Positions 13,449 to 26,901 of a stretch of DNA of 64,000 bases are shown piece after piece. The position numbers and the translations under genes were made by a program. Under the pieces are notes generated by a model. That model saw nothing but the letters and a program-made list of their open reading frames with translations. It had not been told where the DNA came from and did not search any database. Each line of letters begins with the position of its first letter. Position 1 is the stretch's first letter. The stretch comes from Amphiscolops sp. MND2022. Lineage: Eukaryota. The stretch is taken from assembly GCA_964187785.1 (NCBI GenBank), contig OZ076411.1, positions 57,102,001 through 57,166,000 of the forward strand, written 5' to 3'.

Positions 13449-15082
13449 TAATGCATCAGGACTGACCTCCTGCTCCTCAGGATACTTCAAAGGCAAGGCA
13501 AGAATCTGCCTTGAGCAGAGTAATGACATAGTCCTTAGAAACCTGAGAAAAAATCGAAGAAAACCCTTTTGACGAAAATGAACTGGCATCAGACTATAGA
13601 TATCAGCACTACTTACAAAACATAACGCGAAAAGAGATGAAACAGAAAGTTCTCACTACCAAATCTGTCTACCAATCCAACTCCTAGAAGAATTTCATCA
13701 GGCTCTCCATGGTCATAATTCAAACCATCCCGGAATCATCAAGATGATTCAAGGAGCACGGCAAAAATATTACTACCCATGTATGGTAAAAGACATCAAA
13801 AAATGGTAAAATGGTTAGTAATTGCCAAATCTGCATCCAAACAAAACCAATCATAAACGATCTCCTCCGGAGAGAAATTTCCCATGGGATCTCGAACCGG
13901 AGGACATTTTGCAAATGGGAGTTTTACCAAACCTTCCCCCTAGTGGAGGCTACGACCATATCATCACAGCAATAGATTCTTCTCAAGATACTTGTTGGCC
14001 CCATGCATCACTCGGTTGTGAACCTTCACGAGTCTTCCATGGTAGAATACCACACAATATCCTAGAATACATAATCGGATATAACCCTAATCCACGATAA
14101 CCAACCGCAAGAAGATGTAGCAGAAAAATTTAAAAACGCATGAAAATCCTTCTAGTTCAAACTAAGAAGAACATCATGCAATCTTTTCTTGAATACAAAG
14201 CTTACTATGACTGCAAAGCGAAAGCAGCTCCGCTTTAAACGACCAATTATTGCTACATTCTTAACCCAAAGGCTGATACACAAGCGACAAAAATAGCATT
14301 TCGAGAATTCAGATGGTGCGGACCATATAAAACAGAAAAAGAACTCCCTAACAATAATTACAATGTCCGGAGACTTGGGACTAACAGAACGCAATTATTA
14401 TATGGGATTCGTCTGCGGAAATTCACTCCGCATGCGCCCTTAGCAGACATTTTTGTTCGTGAAACCGATGGGCAAAAAGATGACCAAATGCTTATAGCAA
14501 ACGATGATCTATATGCCCAATTATGGAACACAAATTTTGGGTCCAACACGTTCGACGATGGTCCTTCAGAATCTTCACAAAAGACAAAAGAAGCTGAAAA
14601 GATTCCGATTCAAATACCTGATGATAACCGCCCTCCCTCCCCAGGATCTTCAAAAAATAGTGAGGGCAGTCCAGTGGAACAGACCACTGAACCAGATCAA
14701 AATCATGAAACTCATGCAGATGGAAGTCAACAACAAATCAGTGAAGATGATCAAAATACTCAGAAAATCTCAGAAAGATACCAATGATTCATCAGAAGAT
14801 GACATTCAAAAATCCCCAAAAAACTACTAAAACACCCCGTTGCAAGAAGAACCAATGAATATCCGTGGCGAAAAATTCAACTTACGTCCTAATCCCAACC
14901 CAAACTACTCTGACTCTTACCGATACTAAGAAAAACTTGCAGGGGAAAAATTTCATCAACTTCCTTTTTTTCGTCGCCTTTTTACTAAACGTCCGCTTTT
15001 GATATGAATAAAAACAGTGATACAGCGGAAAACATCACAAACAAAATAAAAGTATTTAATAGTAAAAGTTATGGAAGGACAG

Positions 15083-18000
15083 TCAACAACTAGCTCTTTT
15101 GTTTTTGAACATCTTGGTGCTCAATTTTTTCGAGACAGGTTCTGTAACTCCGCTCGAACATCGATTCAGTGAAATGTTTGCCCGACTCAACGAAGGATCT
15201 GGAAAAGGACTGCTACCCACGCTGCTGGTCCTGCTCACGCGCGGGCTAGTAAAAATTAAACGACACGGGAGGCTTCTCATGGCGCAAAACGGCTTTCCTA
15301 TAACAGGTCTCCAGTTTCCCCAAGGCTGACCTTCGGTAACTACTCCCCTTTGAAAAGTTTAACACAGAAAACTTCTTGTCATAAATCAGGTCAGTTTCCC
15401 TCCCTAGCAAACGGAAAACTCTTCCAACGGCTTTCGGGTCTCTAAATAAACTTGAGACGTGAGGCACTGTCTGGTAGGAAATCTGAAGACTTCTTATACC
15501 AGACTGAAATAGATCTTTGACAGGAACCAAAATAGGGATAGGCACTATGAAAGAAGACGGCAGCTCCACAATTTGAGCCAGACACAGACACGAATGTTTG
15601 CATAACCGAAACAACTCCGGCCGGCATTGAATTTCATAGTGGGAAGCCGTAAAATGTATCCAATCGCTGTACTCGGGAACAGAACTGTCACGCAACTTTG
15701 ACAAAAACGAACGGTATTGGCTAACAGCCTTCACTTTGTCTTTCGGGGAGAGTAATCCAACAGACACGAAATGGGATGTCAATTTCTCAATAGCAGTATT
15801 GTAGAGTTCTTCAGGATTTTCAAGAATAACAGCAGGATCGGAAGCTGATAACCCTCTAATCAGGTCAGATTGAACAAAATTATGAGCCAGTAATTGCTTG
15901 CAGAAAATTTTGCAGAAACTAATTGATTGTTCCACAAAATTACTCGACCTGGGTAGTTGCTCGCAAGGACCAGCCTGTGAAAGTCCTCGTTCAGTACAAA
16001 CGCATCTGTTGACTTATACTGCAGTGTTGCTGAATCCAAATCTAACCTAAGGAAACAGTCCCAATTTGAAATGTTACCGAAAACACTATCGGGCAAAATG
16101 CTTTGCAATTGACTATAGGCGAAAACTGTAAACTGGTTAAATAGCCGGAAACCACCATCCATTTGCTTTTGCAATTCAGAGAATGCTGAATTATCTGAAA
16201 TATAACAAGCAGCTCTGAGTAACTGACAGCAAAACACCAGTCAATAGAAACCAAACATCAATTCTTACGCCGAAAAAGCTTGAATAATATAGCACGTGTG
16301 CATATACGTTAGCTATGACCATTGCTAGCACAATGGTGGAATGGAATTATACGTCACTATGCGGAATGAGGTGTGACGACTATACGTCAGTATGCGGTTT
16401 GAGCTGTGTTCAATACTCGTCACTATGCGGAACCAGTATGGTGTGACGACTATACGTCACTATACGATTTGAGCTGTGTCGACTACTCGTGACTATGCAG
16501 AAACAGTATAGTATGTCAACTACACGTCACTATGCGGTTCGAAATGTACTAACTACTCACCACTATGCGGAAGCATCAGAGTATAATGCAATACAATTTC
16601 GTTGCGCGGGAATAGTGAAGAGGACTAAACATTATTATGCAAAACGAGGTGATATGTTTGTTTACCACTATACAAAACAGACTAAGACGCTTATATAACA
16701 GAATGTGGAAAACGAACTAATAGGTATATATCATCAAGCGAATTAACGGATATACGATAAAATCTGAGCTCATTGGATGGACTAAAGTAGAAAACATTCA
16801 ATTAACTGTGGTCGAGGACGCATTTGATGATGAATAACCTGGCCAAGTACGCCGTATCCAGGCGGAAACATTCATTCAAAGTATTCAGCTGAAAGAAAGT
16901 TGGGAAATTAGGTGGTGAACATCAACTGTAACTAAATGAAGGAAAATAAAAATAACCTCTCTCATTTGAAAGCGGTAAACTGGGAGTCAAGCCATCTGAT
17001 TCAAATGTTCACGGACGTGGTTCCAGTTGCTGGACAGGACCTCAATCAAAACTGATGCCTCGGCAAGATAATATTCCAATTGGGTTACACTCTACAACAA
17101 AAATTAAAGTTGACAAAGAAAGAATCTATTATACGGAAGCGAAATGATTGGAAAATAAGGCCTTACCTTATGCAGCATTGGTAATTGCTGTAACCAGTCA
17201 CAATCGAGGGCAGGTCTGAGTTTCATTAACAGGAAATCCAGAATAGTTCTGTAACCATGCCGCTCGATTATTTGGACTGTCAGGGTGTCCAAGTTGCGTT
17301 CAAATTCGCTGGGTCCATTTGTGTAGATCACTGTAGGCCGGTTTGCCCCAGGCAAAGAGGTAGACAGACAATCACTAAGTTTGTCCTCAATGTTGATGAT
17401 GGATACACATGTCGGGTACGACTCGAAAAGACTGAGGAAAGATGAAATCAAGGTAAGGACGTTATTTGGAAGTAGCATTCCTCGAGGTGCTCCGCCGAGA
17501 CAAACCCGCTGGCAAACGTTACCGGCCCAGAAACAAAGCATAACATAAAACACCGTGCTGGTATGTTACATTGCAAGAGAATAATAACCAGAAGAAGTAA
17601 TCATCGAGACACAGTAGCCCATCAATTCTCGGAAGATGTAGGTCAGGATACCCTGCAACACAAACAACTTTAGTGTACTAAATAATCTGGGAGTGTACAA
17701 GAAGTACATGTAACCAAAATGGTACTTGAAACACTTAACTGAAGAAAAGTTACAGCAAAAGGTTGTCAGGATATAAGGAAGAGATGAAACTTACAAAAAG
17801 ACGTTCACGACTCCAATTCTGTATTGACAACCGGTCGCTGGATGTCAGACGCACAAGTTCGTCATACGTTCCTGATGGACTAGAAATGATCCCTCCGTGT
17901 TTCAAACCAAACTCAAGGATACTGATTTGAGAAAACACTTTGTCGGTGGGGCTACTTGCAACGCTGAAATCAGGGACTGACTCTTGTCCCACAAGAGGCC

Positions 18001-18964
18001 GGCAGGATAAATGTCCTTGGCTTTTTTCTTCGCCTCTTGTAGCGCGACTCCCAACATGTCAGTCTGATCTTTATCATAAGGGGCATCCCGGGCACTTCCA
18101 TACGTATACGGTGCTCCTTGATTAATTGAGCCTCCGAACGATATTGTGAAATTAGCTCAAGACTTCCGTGGATCATGAGGGACAGCTGCACTCTGCAAAC
18201 CCTGCACCGCCATTTATAAGGAGATTTTTCTTTATCCAAAGGTCCAGTGGCAGAGAACTTCAAAACTGGATGTTTCTTAAGCATGCTTCCAGTTAAAGAA
18301 TATTTTGCTCGACGTCGTTTCATACGGGATAACGAAGTAATTTGTCCCGTTTCCTGTAGAATTGCCCTAGAGTCAGTGTGCGTTGATACTTCTTCTTGAC
18401 TAGAAGTGGCCAGCATGGTTGTTGGCGCTAGGTCATCCACAATTGCTAATCCCATGGGCTGATGTAGATCGATTTCCTCTCCAGTGAGGAAAGCTGGTGG
18501 GATTCTATCTAACACGTTTGACAAGACGAGAATCTCCTGTCTGGTTAAGCTAAGAGTAGGAAGCCCCGCATCCGCGTGACCAGGATCTTCCGGAGCATGT
18601 TGAATGTCTTTTTGTAAACGTATGTTTTCCGAACCCAGTGTAACATCTAGCCCAACCTTAGGTGAAGTTGAGGAGTTGAGGGAACATCATCATTGTCTTC
18701 AGTCTGGTGTAGAACTTGACTAAATGGAAGCGAAGGTGTCTGCGAACAGCATTGGGGAATCAAATCTTTAAACATACCTTGGGTAGAATTATCAAGCGTA
18801 TTGTCCACTGTTCTCAAAGGAGTTGTGGCTGTTGGAGAACCTGAAGTGGATTCTGCAGATGGATCTTTACCCTGGCGTTGATTTACGGTAGAGGTTGGAT
18901 CAGGGTCTTCGCCTAGAGGAAGATTAGGGGAAGTCTCAACTGCTATTCCTTCGACAATCTGCAA
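15083..18964 (-). pseudogene. G1 antisense accessory gene (zinc finger plus hAT-like body), spliced and decayed
   Basis: Exon 1 ends at 17795 (RERLF|GTAAGT). Exon 2 is 17652-17167, exon 3 is 17091-16957, exon 4 is 16888-16807. The last exon (~16260-15083) contains YRSFLSKLR and RPELFRLCKHSCLCL. In-frame stops and frameshifts are present; the 5' end and last acceptor are uncertain. Confidence 0.85.
16348..16572. repeat. Minisatellite of TACGTCACTATGCGG / GTGACG-N6-CGTCA units in intron 4 of the antisense gene
   Basis: About 7 degenerate units; inverted TGACG half-sites at 16373-16390 and 16443-16460. Confidence 0.85.
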
Positions 18965-19907
18965 AGGAGGAAGATTTGGTGTCCCTGAACCACTTCACCG
19001 ACCCTGGGATCCAGGTGTCGCAACTTCCAATGGAGTGTAAAGCTTTTAAGGGGAGTTGGAAGGAGTAACTTGAGCCGTATCTTGTTCAACTAAAACAAGT
19101 GATCTACTTCTAATGAATTAAGGGGAGTAGATTACGCAAGTGACTTCCGTTAAACATCAACTAAAACCGGACGCGCGGACAATGAAAAAATAACGAAAAT
19201 CACTTAGAAGTAAGAAACGGAAACGTTTCGAAAAAATTCTGAATCTGATCTAGAAGTTATTCTAATCATTTTCGGTTTGCAAGCCTGGCCAGCTTTACAA
19301 AAACCACAAAATCTCTGAACTGAACTAAAAATCAATTTAAAGTGAACTGAAACTTGTTAGACTTACGACGTGTCGGCTCAGGTGGCAAATCGCAACTCCA
19401 GAAATCATCCATGTGGTGTAAAGGGTGACCTTTTCGAGATCTCCGTGTTCCAGGTAAACTTGTTACTTGGTGAGGGTCCATATGCCAAAGACAAACAGAG
19501 AAGGAATGAAATTTGCGAGTGAAGAGTAAAGTTAGTGAGACACAAATACTGAAATTATGTGTGACAGTAGATGGAATGCTGATGAAGAAAAACAATTGGT
19601 TGAGGAAGGCAAAAGAAAATTGAAACTTTAGAAGTTGGAACTTTAGTTTTTTGAATGGAAACTTTACTTTGACAAAGTATTGCTGTATTAGGAACGAAAC
19701 AAGAAGGCGTGGCGTATAAATACGAAGCAAAAAAGCAACTGAAACAAGTTTCCGCAAATGTGCAAAGCAAATACTGGAATTTGATTGGCTAAATAAATGT
19801 CAATCACGTCTGCCAGCGTGATTAATTTACTCACTATAGACTTTGGATGAAAGAATACACGTGGAAATTTTACTGCAAAGCAAATTGGAACGATTTGATA
19901 TGCGAGA

Positions 19908-20072
19908 GTATGCGGCAGTATGCGGATCGACTAATGACGAGTATGCGGCAGTATGCGGAATTGCAGTGAAGACTATGCGGTATTATGCGGAATTGCAGTA
20001 TAGACTATCTGGCAGTATGCGGAATTGCAGTCGAAGACTATGCGGAAATACGCTGATCGAGTAGTGACGCAA
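19908..20072. repeat. TATGCGG array in the gap between the divergent antisense gene and ORF3 of G1
   Basis: About 8 TATGCGG copies, ending in GAGTAGTGACGC, which is also present in the LTR. Confidence 0.8.
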
Positions 20073-20289
20073 ACTCGGCATCCTACAGTTTTCGCTGTAT
20101 GCTTTCAAAGAGATGGAATTTTACTGCTAGTGGTTGGAATTGAATGAATAAGGCAGTATCACGTAATGTGATCAAGAAAGTACACACTTTCAATGACAAA
20201 CATGTGCGATAATGTTGATGTTTGATATACAAAGCCAGTGCTCTTTTGAACTTAATATGTTTGCAGAAGTTCAGACTGGTGGCAGCTCA

Positions 20290-21187
20290 TATGCTATGTC
20301 GGCGTTTGTGGGGGCAGCTGCGGTAACCCTTTTTCCACCCATTCCCCTCTTCTTCAACCCCAAAACGCCACTAACTTGTCTGGATCTCAGATTGAAGGGC
20401 AGTTAATAGAGTTAATTGACGAGCACCAAAGTCACCGGTCACGCCCCAACATCGTTTATCGACACTGAGTTTGAGGAGTCCCCTGAATTGTCTGATGACC
20501 AGGAAATGGAGGATAACCACTCATTAAATAGCTATAGTAGACCCTCCGCTACAATCTTACCAACCCCAAGAGGAAGAGGCCGAGGTAGAGGTCTGGTCTT
20601 ACGCCCAATATGAACCTATCCAACGGGGTTTTCAACAGAATCAGGGCAATTTCACTGTGATAGGAGAGAATACACAAGAAATACGAGCGAATAGTTTCAA
20701 CAATGAGTACACCAGCACACAAATTGGACTACAGATTACTAACCCAATCATGCCAACGGTCAATATTAGTAACCCCGCGACGATGATGATACAGATCCCA
20801 CCAATTATGCCCAGCTTCGCAGCAGTCCAAAGTGGTCATCCAGTTCAACCAATGCCACAGCCACAGCAAGTGACTTCAATGCAGACTAGCACCAATGACC
20901 AATGTGCTCTTGTTACCCTCAAACGAAAGGGACCTATACAAGTTGTCACCCACCGTCATGCCGACATCGCGGGATTTTGCAATTGGTGCGGTCGTACTGA
21001 CGACCAAATTGGCCGGAGAGTCTAGGAGAATATCTTCTGGGAACGGCGTACGATGCTGAGACAGTTAGGGACCGAAATATTCGGTCCCGGGCGTTCATCG
21101 ATGGGTTTGAGGTTGCCCTGTTTCGACTTCAAGTATGCAGGACTGTCGCAACCCAGGAGTTGCGTGATAGCCGTGGCCCATCAGTAA
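20290..21187 (+). pseudogene. G1 ORF3 (CxxCG-domain protein), frameshifted, ending inside the 3' LTR
   Basis: After correcting one 1-bp frameshift at ~21022, it reads CNWCGRTDDQIGRRVLGEYLLGTAYDAETVRDRNIRSRAFIDG, which aligns without gaps to G2 ORF3. The start is uncertain. Confidence 0.8.
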
Positions 21188-22687
21188 TCAACGCCAAACA
21201 AGATGGCAGCCAAAACCAACTCCCAAAGCTAGGAAGAATCAAAACTTTAAACCAGCGAACTACATTTTGTTTTGTTTATCCTGTTGGTTTTTGTCAGGAA
21301 GTCATGTAAATATAATATTTCAAAAATGTTTGCCTTGAAAGAAACCCTTCCTCATGCTGCTAATGAACATTAAAACTTCATTGACAGCCCTTATTTACAC
21401 ACACAATGAGTCACCCCTATCTCAAATGATATTGGACTTGGAAGCTTCAATACATTAGAAATCGTCCCCATATAGTAAATTGCATCTTAACATGGTACCA
21501 CTTTGCGGTATCATGCGGATCAAGGAGTGACGTATACTCGTCACCATGCGGACTTGTCGATATCATTATGCGGCATTATACGTTTCGAAGTGTGACGCAT
21601 ACTTGTCACTATGCGCTTTTTGCAGAGACACTATGCGGCATACTGCGGAACGAGTAGTGACGCATACTCGTCACTATGCGTTTCCAGCAGGACCAATTAT
21701 ATAACGTGAATACGTGTACTAGTGCTATTTGGAAAGCATCCCAAATACATTTGTTATGTTATCTTAAGCAATTTCCAGGGTTTCTTTAGTCCATTTCTCA
21801 ATGATATTTCGAAAGTCATGTAATCAAGTTGATGTTATAAGTAGTATGACGATATCTTGACGTAATCCTGTTTTTGTCTTTTTGCAACAATGACTTTGGT
21901 AAAAAAGGAGTGTCATGGTATTTTCGGAGTTATTTCATTGTGAACTGAGAGAGAGGATCATTCAAATCTCAACCGTCAACTAGTGCAGTTGTTCTCTTCA
22001 TACATCTGTAAACCTTATGGTAACATTGTGATACTCACAGATGTTGTTCTTTTGAATAGACAAGATAATTCAAATTCTTCCTCAAAAGCCAGAAACTATT
22101 TTTCACTCAAAGCAATATGGGAAACAGACGTAATAGACGTTCTAGAAAATTGGAAACCCCTTCTCCAGAGAGGGAATTAGAGAAAACGCAAGTGGAAACG
22201 TCTGTTACAGGCAAGGAGATTTCAACTAAATTGAATACGTTTGTTCAGGGAAATTCGAGTGAAAACATTTAGGAAAATCAGTTGACTGAACCCAGTCAAT
22301 TCAGCAATGAAATCCAAGTATGGACACAACTTATGGAACAAAAGAATGATGACAAAATTGAAAGAATGAGAGAAGAATTGGACAATAAACTAGAGGCTAT
22401 CTTGAGATAATTTAAGTCTAACAAAGCTACATCAACAGTAACAAACATAAGATCAGAAATCAACGAAATACAAGATTCACAACCGTGGGGATCCAAAACA
22501 ATAAGGTCAATTGGAGTTTGCATATCTAATATTGAAAACTCAGGTTCAGAAAACGACGATTATCCTCTCAGAGCTTCAAAAATGAAAGACTTGAAACATG
22601 CTGCAAATCCATTATTTCAAAACGAATCCGATGTAGACATAACGATACATTCAAACGAAGAATCCGACGCAGAAGAGGATTATCACA
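21144..22687 (+). repeat. G1 3' LTR (1544 bp), TGTCGCA...TATCACA; contains the gag start ATGGGAAAC at 22117
   Basis: Starts with the same TGTCGCA as the G2 LTR, 47 nt after the RAF motif (46 nt in G2). The end is fixed by the PBS junction at 7859. Confidence 0.75.
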
Positions 22688-22873
22688 AGTCATTTTCCGC
22701 AAATAGTGTCCGTGTCTGCTCACTAAGATGTCCCAAGAATGGCATAAACGGAATGTTCGACTATTTGAGATCCTCCCCCTCGGAAATTGAAGTACTGAGC
22801 GAGTCTGGGGGAGAATTCATAGTGGAACCGGGAAATGTACAAGAACTGGGTGAAAGATTCCGCATTGGAGGCC

Positions 22874-25334
22874 CAGCTCATATGCTATGTCGGCGTTTGT
22901 GGGGGCAGCTGCGGTAACCCTTTTCCCACCCATTCCCCTCTTCTTCAACCCCAAAACGCCACTAACTTGTCTGGATCTCAGATTGAAGGGCAGTTAATAG
23001 AGTTAATTGACGAGCACCAAAGTCACCGGTCACGCCCCAACATCGTTTATCGACACTGAGTTTGAGGAGTCCCCTGAATTGTCTGATGACCAGGAAATGG
23101 AGGATAACCACTCATTAAATAGCTATAGTAGACCCTCCGCTACAATCTTACAAACCCCAAGAGGAAGAGGCCGAGGTAGAGGTCTGGTCTTACGCCCAAT
23201 ATGAACCTATCCAACGGGGTTTTCAACAGAATCAGGGCAATTTCACTGTGATAGGAGAGAATACACAAGAAATACGAGCGAATAGTTTCAACAATGAGTA
23301 CACCAGCACACAAATTGGACTACAAATTACTAACCCAATCATGCCAACGGTCAATATTAGTAACCCCGCGACGATGATGATACAGATCCCACCAATTATG
23401 CCCAGCTTCGCCGCAGTCCAAAGTGGTCATCCAGTTCAACCAATGCCACAGCCACAGCAAGTGACTTCAATGCAGACTAGCACCAATGACCAATGTGCTC
23501 TTGTTACCCTCAAACGAAAGGGACCTATACAAGTTGTCACCCACCGTCATGCCGACATCGCGGGATTTTGCAATTGGTGCGGTCGTACTGACGACCAAAT
23601 TGGCCGGAGACTCTAGGAGAATATCTTCTGGGAACGGCGTACGATGCTGAGACAGTTAGGGACCGAAATATTCGGTCCCGGGCGTTCATCGATGGGTTTG
23701 AGGTTGCCCTGTTTGGACTTCAAGTATGCAGGACTGTCGCAACCCAGGAGTTGCGTGATAGCCGTGGCCCATCAGTAATCAACGCCAAACAAGATGGCAG
23801 CCAAAACCAACTCCCAAAGCTAGGAAGAATCAAAACTTTAAACCAGCGAACTACATTTTGTTTTGTTTATCCTGTTGGTTTTTGTCAGGAAGTCATGTAA
23901 ATATAATATTTCAAAAATGTTTGCCTTGAAAGAAACCTTCCTCATGCTGCTAATGAACATTAAAACTTCATTGACAGCCCTTATTTACACACACAATGAG
24001 TCACCCCTGTCTCAAATGATATTGGACTTGGAAGCTTCAATACATTAGAAATCGTCCCCATATAGTAAATTGCATCTTAACATGGTACCACTTTGCGGTA
24101 TCATGCGGATCAAGGAGTGACGTATACTCGTCACCATGCGGACTTGTCGATATCATTATGCGGCATTATACGTTTCGAAGTGTGACGCATACTTGTCACT
24201 ATGCGCTTTTTGCAGAGACACTATGCGGCATACTGAGGAACGAGTAGTGACGCATACTCGTCACTATGCGTTTCCAGCAGGACCAATTATATAACGTGAA
24301 TACGTGTACTAGTGCTATTTGGAAAGCATCCCAAATACATTTGTTACGTTATCTTAAGCAATTTCCAGGGTTTCTTTAGTCCATTTCTCAATGATATTTC
24401 GAAAGTCATGTAATCAAGTTGATGTTATAAATAGTATGACGATATCTTGACGTAATCCTGTTTTTGTCTTTTTGCAACAATGACTTTGGTAAAAAAGGAG
24501 TGTCATGGTATTTTCGGAGTTATTTCATTGTGAACTGAGATAGAGGATCATTCAAATCTCAACCGTCAACTAGTGCAGTTGTTCTCTTCATACATCTGTA
24601 AACCTTATGGTAACATTGTGATACTCACAGATGTTGTTCTTTTGAATAGACAAGATAATTCAAATTCTTCCCCAAAAGTCAGAAACTATTTTTCACTCAA
24701 AGCAATATGGGAAACAGACGTAATAGACGTTCTAGAAAAATGGAAACCCCTTCTCCAGAGAGGGAATTAGAGAAAACGCAAGTGGAAACGTCTGTTACAG
24801 GCAAGGAGATTTCAACTAAATTGAATACGTTTGTTCAAGGAAATTCGAGTGAAAATATTTCGGAAAATCAGTTGACTGAACCCAGTCAATTCTGCAATGA
24901 AATCCAAGTATGGACACAAATTATGGAACAAAAGAATGATGAGAAAATTGAAAGAATGAGAGAAGAATTGGACAATAAACTAGAGGCTATCTTGAGATAA
25001 TTTAAGTCTAACAAAGCTACATCAACAGTAACAAACATAAGATCAGAAATCAACGAAATACAAGATTCACAACCGTGGGGATCCAAAACAATAAGGTCTA
25101 TTGGAGTTTGCATATCTAATATTGAAAACTCAGGTTCAGAAAACGACGATTATCCTCTCAGAGCTTCAAAAATGAAAGACTTGAAACATGCTGCAAATCC
25201 ATTATTTCAAAACGAATCCGATGTAGACATAACGATACATTCAAACGAAGAATCCGACGCAGAAGAGGATTATCACAAGTCATTTTCCGCAAATAGTGTC
25301 CGTGTCTGCTCACTAAGATGTCCCGAGAATGGCA
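22874..25334 (+). repeat. Tandem copy of 20283-22744 (ORF3 + LTR 23735-25277 + 57 bp of flank)
   Basis: Offset 2590-2591 bp, about 99% identical by eye; 129-bp unique spacer at 22745-22873. Confidence 0.95.
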
Positions 25335-26901
25335 AAGAACGAAATCACAATTGCAGTTGCGGAGAACCTAAAAGCAGACCGAAAGCAAACCGGAACAGCC
25401 CAAGTCGGCGCCCCGCTCACGTTTCAAAAATATTCAGTTTTTAAATATGCAAAATGGCACTTTTGTTAAAGTTTCATCAAATTTACAGTTCCAAAAAAGA
25501 CGCAGAGGATATGCATATGACTCAAAAACCACTTTTTCCCCAAATGGAAATGGCAAAAAAACCTTTACCGAAAAAAACTATATCTTGCTCAACCGAAAAC
25601 TTCTCAAAAAACGAATAATTGAAACAATCACAAAAAAATGTCGGACAGTATTGATTTCAAAAAAAAAGGGTTTTTCAAAATCCATCCTGTTGCAAAATAT
25701 CAAAAAAAATGTATGGGGACTTTTCGAGACAATAAAAAGTTTTTGAAAAAGTCTTCCAAAGCCGAAAGGGAAAGAAAGCCGGGTGGAAGTCTTGCAGTGC
25801 CAAAAGAGTGGAAAGGGGACCCCTTTTGCTTTGGAATGGTTGCGTATTTCATGTTAGAGGCTTTGAATGCTTTCAAAATCAAGTACACGTTTGGTAAAAG
25901 TGCACATTGCACAAAAAGTGGACCGAATATTTGAAATAACGAAAAACAACTAGCCACTGTAAGAGTCGTGCTTTTTCTTCGAAAACGCGGACTAAAAATT
26001 ACATCAAACCATAATGCTGAATCACAGGGAATAGATTTTACATTTGCCAATTTTACATCGGATATTTTCTCTGTGGGCGTCTGTACACACTCTGTCATGT
26101 TACCTTTCTACATATTATCCTTGTGGCACGATGGTCTTACTTTTCATAAAAACACTTGAGTTCATCGAACTACACAAATTACCAGACAATACTGAATATA
26201 GCAAGGAAATAGATGCGGAAACTTTTTGTAATGCAAGCTGCGGTTAGAACCGTTATCCAGCTTTTCCATATTTGGGAATCATGCGAAGCCATGTCTATGA
26301 ATTTGTTACTTATAGCTATGAGCGTTGTATTATTGGATTAGCCATCGAAGGTACATATATTTGAAATTATTTGCAAACAGGTTAACCAGTTGAGTTCAAC
26401 CGTAACTGGGTTAAATCGGTATAATTTTCATGCTTCAAAAATGTCCTTCAGCAAAAGATACACATTTATATATTGTGGAAATGAAATAATTGTATTCGAA
26501 ATTGTGATACATACGTGCCATTGAGAAAAATTCCCCTTTTCAGATTAGGAGTTTATGTGTACTTACGTCAATAATTTACAAAACTAATTTGATGCATGAG
26601 AAAATATACATGGGACAGGACTGAGATTTCTAATTAAAGTCTCAAACAGAGGCCACCAAGTAAGAATCAAAATTGGCTGAACACCTATCAAATCAAGGTG
26701 TTGTCAGCTCTTTTTCGCACAAATGCATTATTTGAAGTTTTGAAATGCTTTCTTCAAAGTTTTTGAATATGTTCATCAACATGGGATTTGAAAACACACT
26801 TCCTCGAAAACACACTTTTGGAAATTTGCGTGTGTGAATTTTGGAATTCGGCTGTATTTCAGGTGAGGTTGACGATGGGATTTTAGGCAGCATTTACTTA
26901 C

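Larger units (their letters stand above)
8959..14929 (+). pseudogene. pol: G1 pol remnant (protease, RT, RNase H, integrase with core deletion), interrupted by two MITEs
   Basis: LIDTGA; FAYRRLAQGL and QYVDDIG; MSDASF; HPGIIKMI; DILQM.VLPNLPPSGGY; ends KFNLRPNPNPNYSDSYRY*. Confidence 0.92.
7425..22687 (+). mobile_element. Giant Gypsy element G1: truncated 5' LTR, gag, pol, antisense spliced gene, ORF3, 3' LTR; old and decayed
   Basis: The 5' LTR remnant (7425-7859) is roughly 85% similar by eye to 22255-22687. PBS follows at 7860. Gag and pol are homologous to G2, and the accessory cassette has the same order as in G2. The TSD cannot be tested because the 5' LTR is truncated. Confidence 0.8.

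Noticed and set aside
16348-16572. CRISPR-like array
   Set aside because: Degenerate repeats without unique constant-length spacers, in a eukaryotic context with no cas genes.
19332-19757. Minus-strand ORF as a 5' exon of the G1 antisense gene
   Set aside because: A GTAAGT donor exists near 19364, but there is no convincing similarity to the equivalent G2 region.
15083-20072. The accessory cassette as a recently nested autonomous hAT transposon with TATGCGG subterminal repeats
   Set aside because: No TIRs or 8-bp TSD were found. One array lies inside an intron of the gene rather than at its end, and the same gene sits at the same position and orientation in G2.
26258-26351. GPCR-like fragments (SYERCII on +, SMANPIIQ on -) as further opsin exons
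   Set aside because: They need frameshifts or the wrong strand, hit early stops and are out of order; probably chance.
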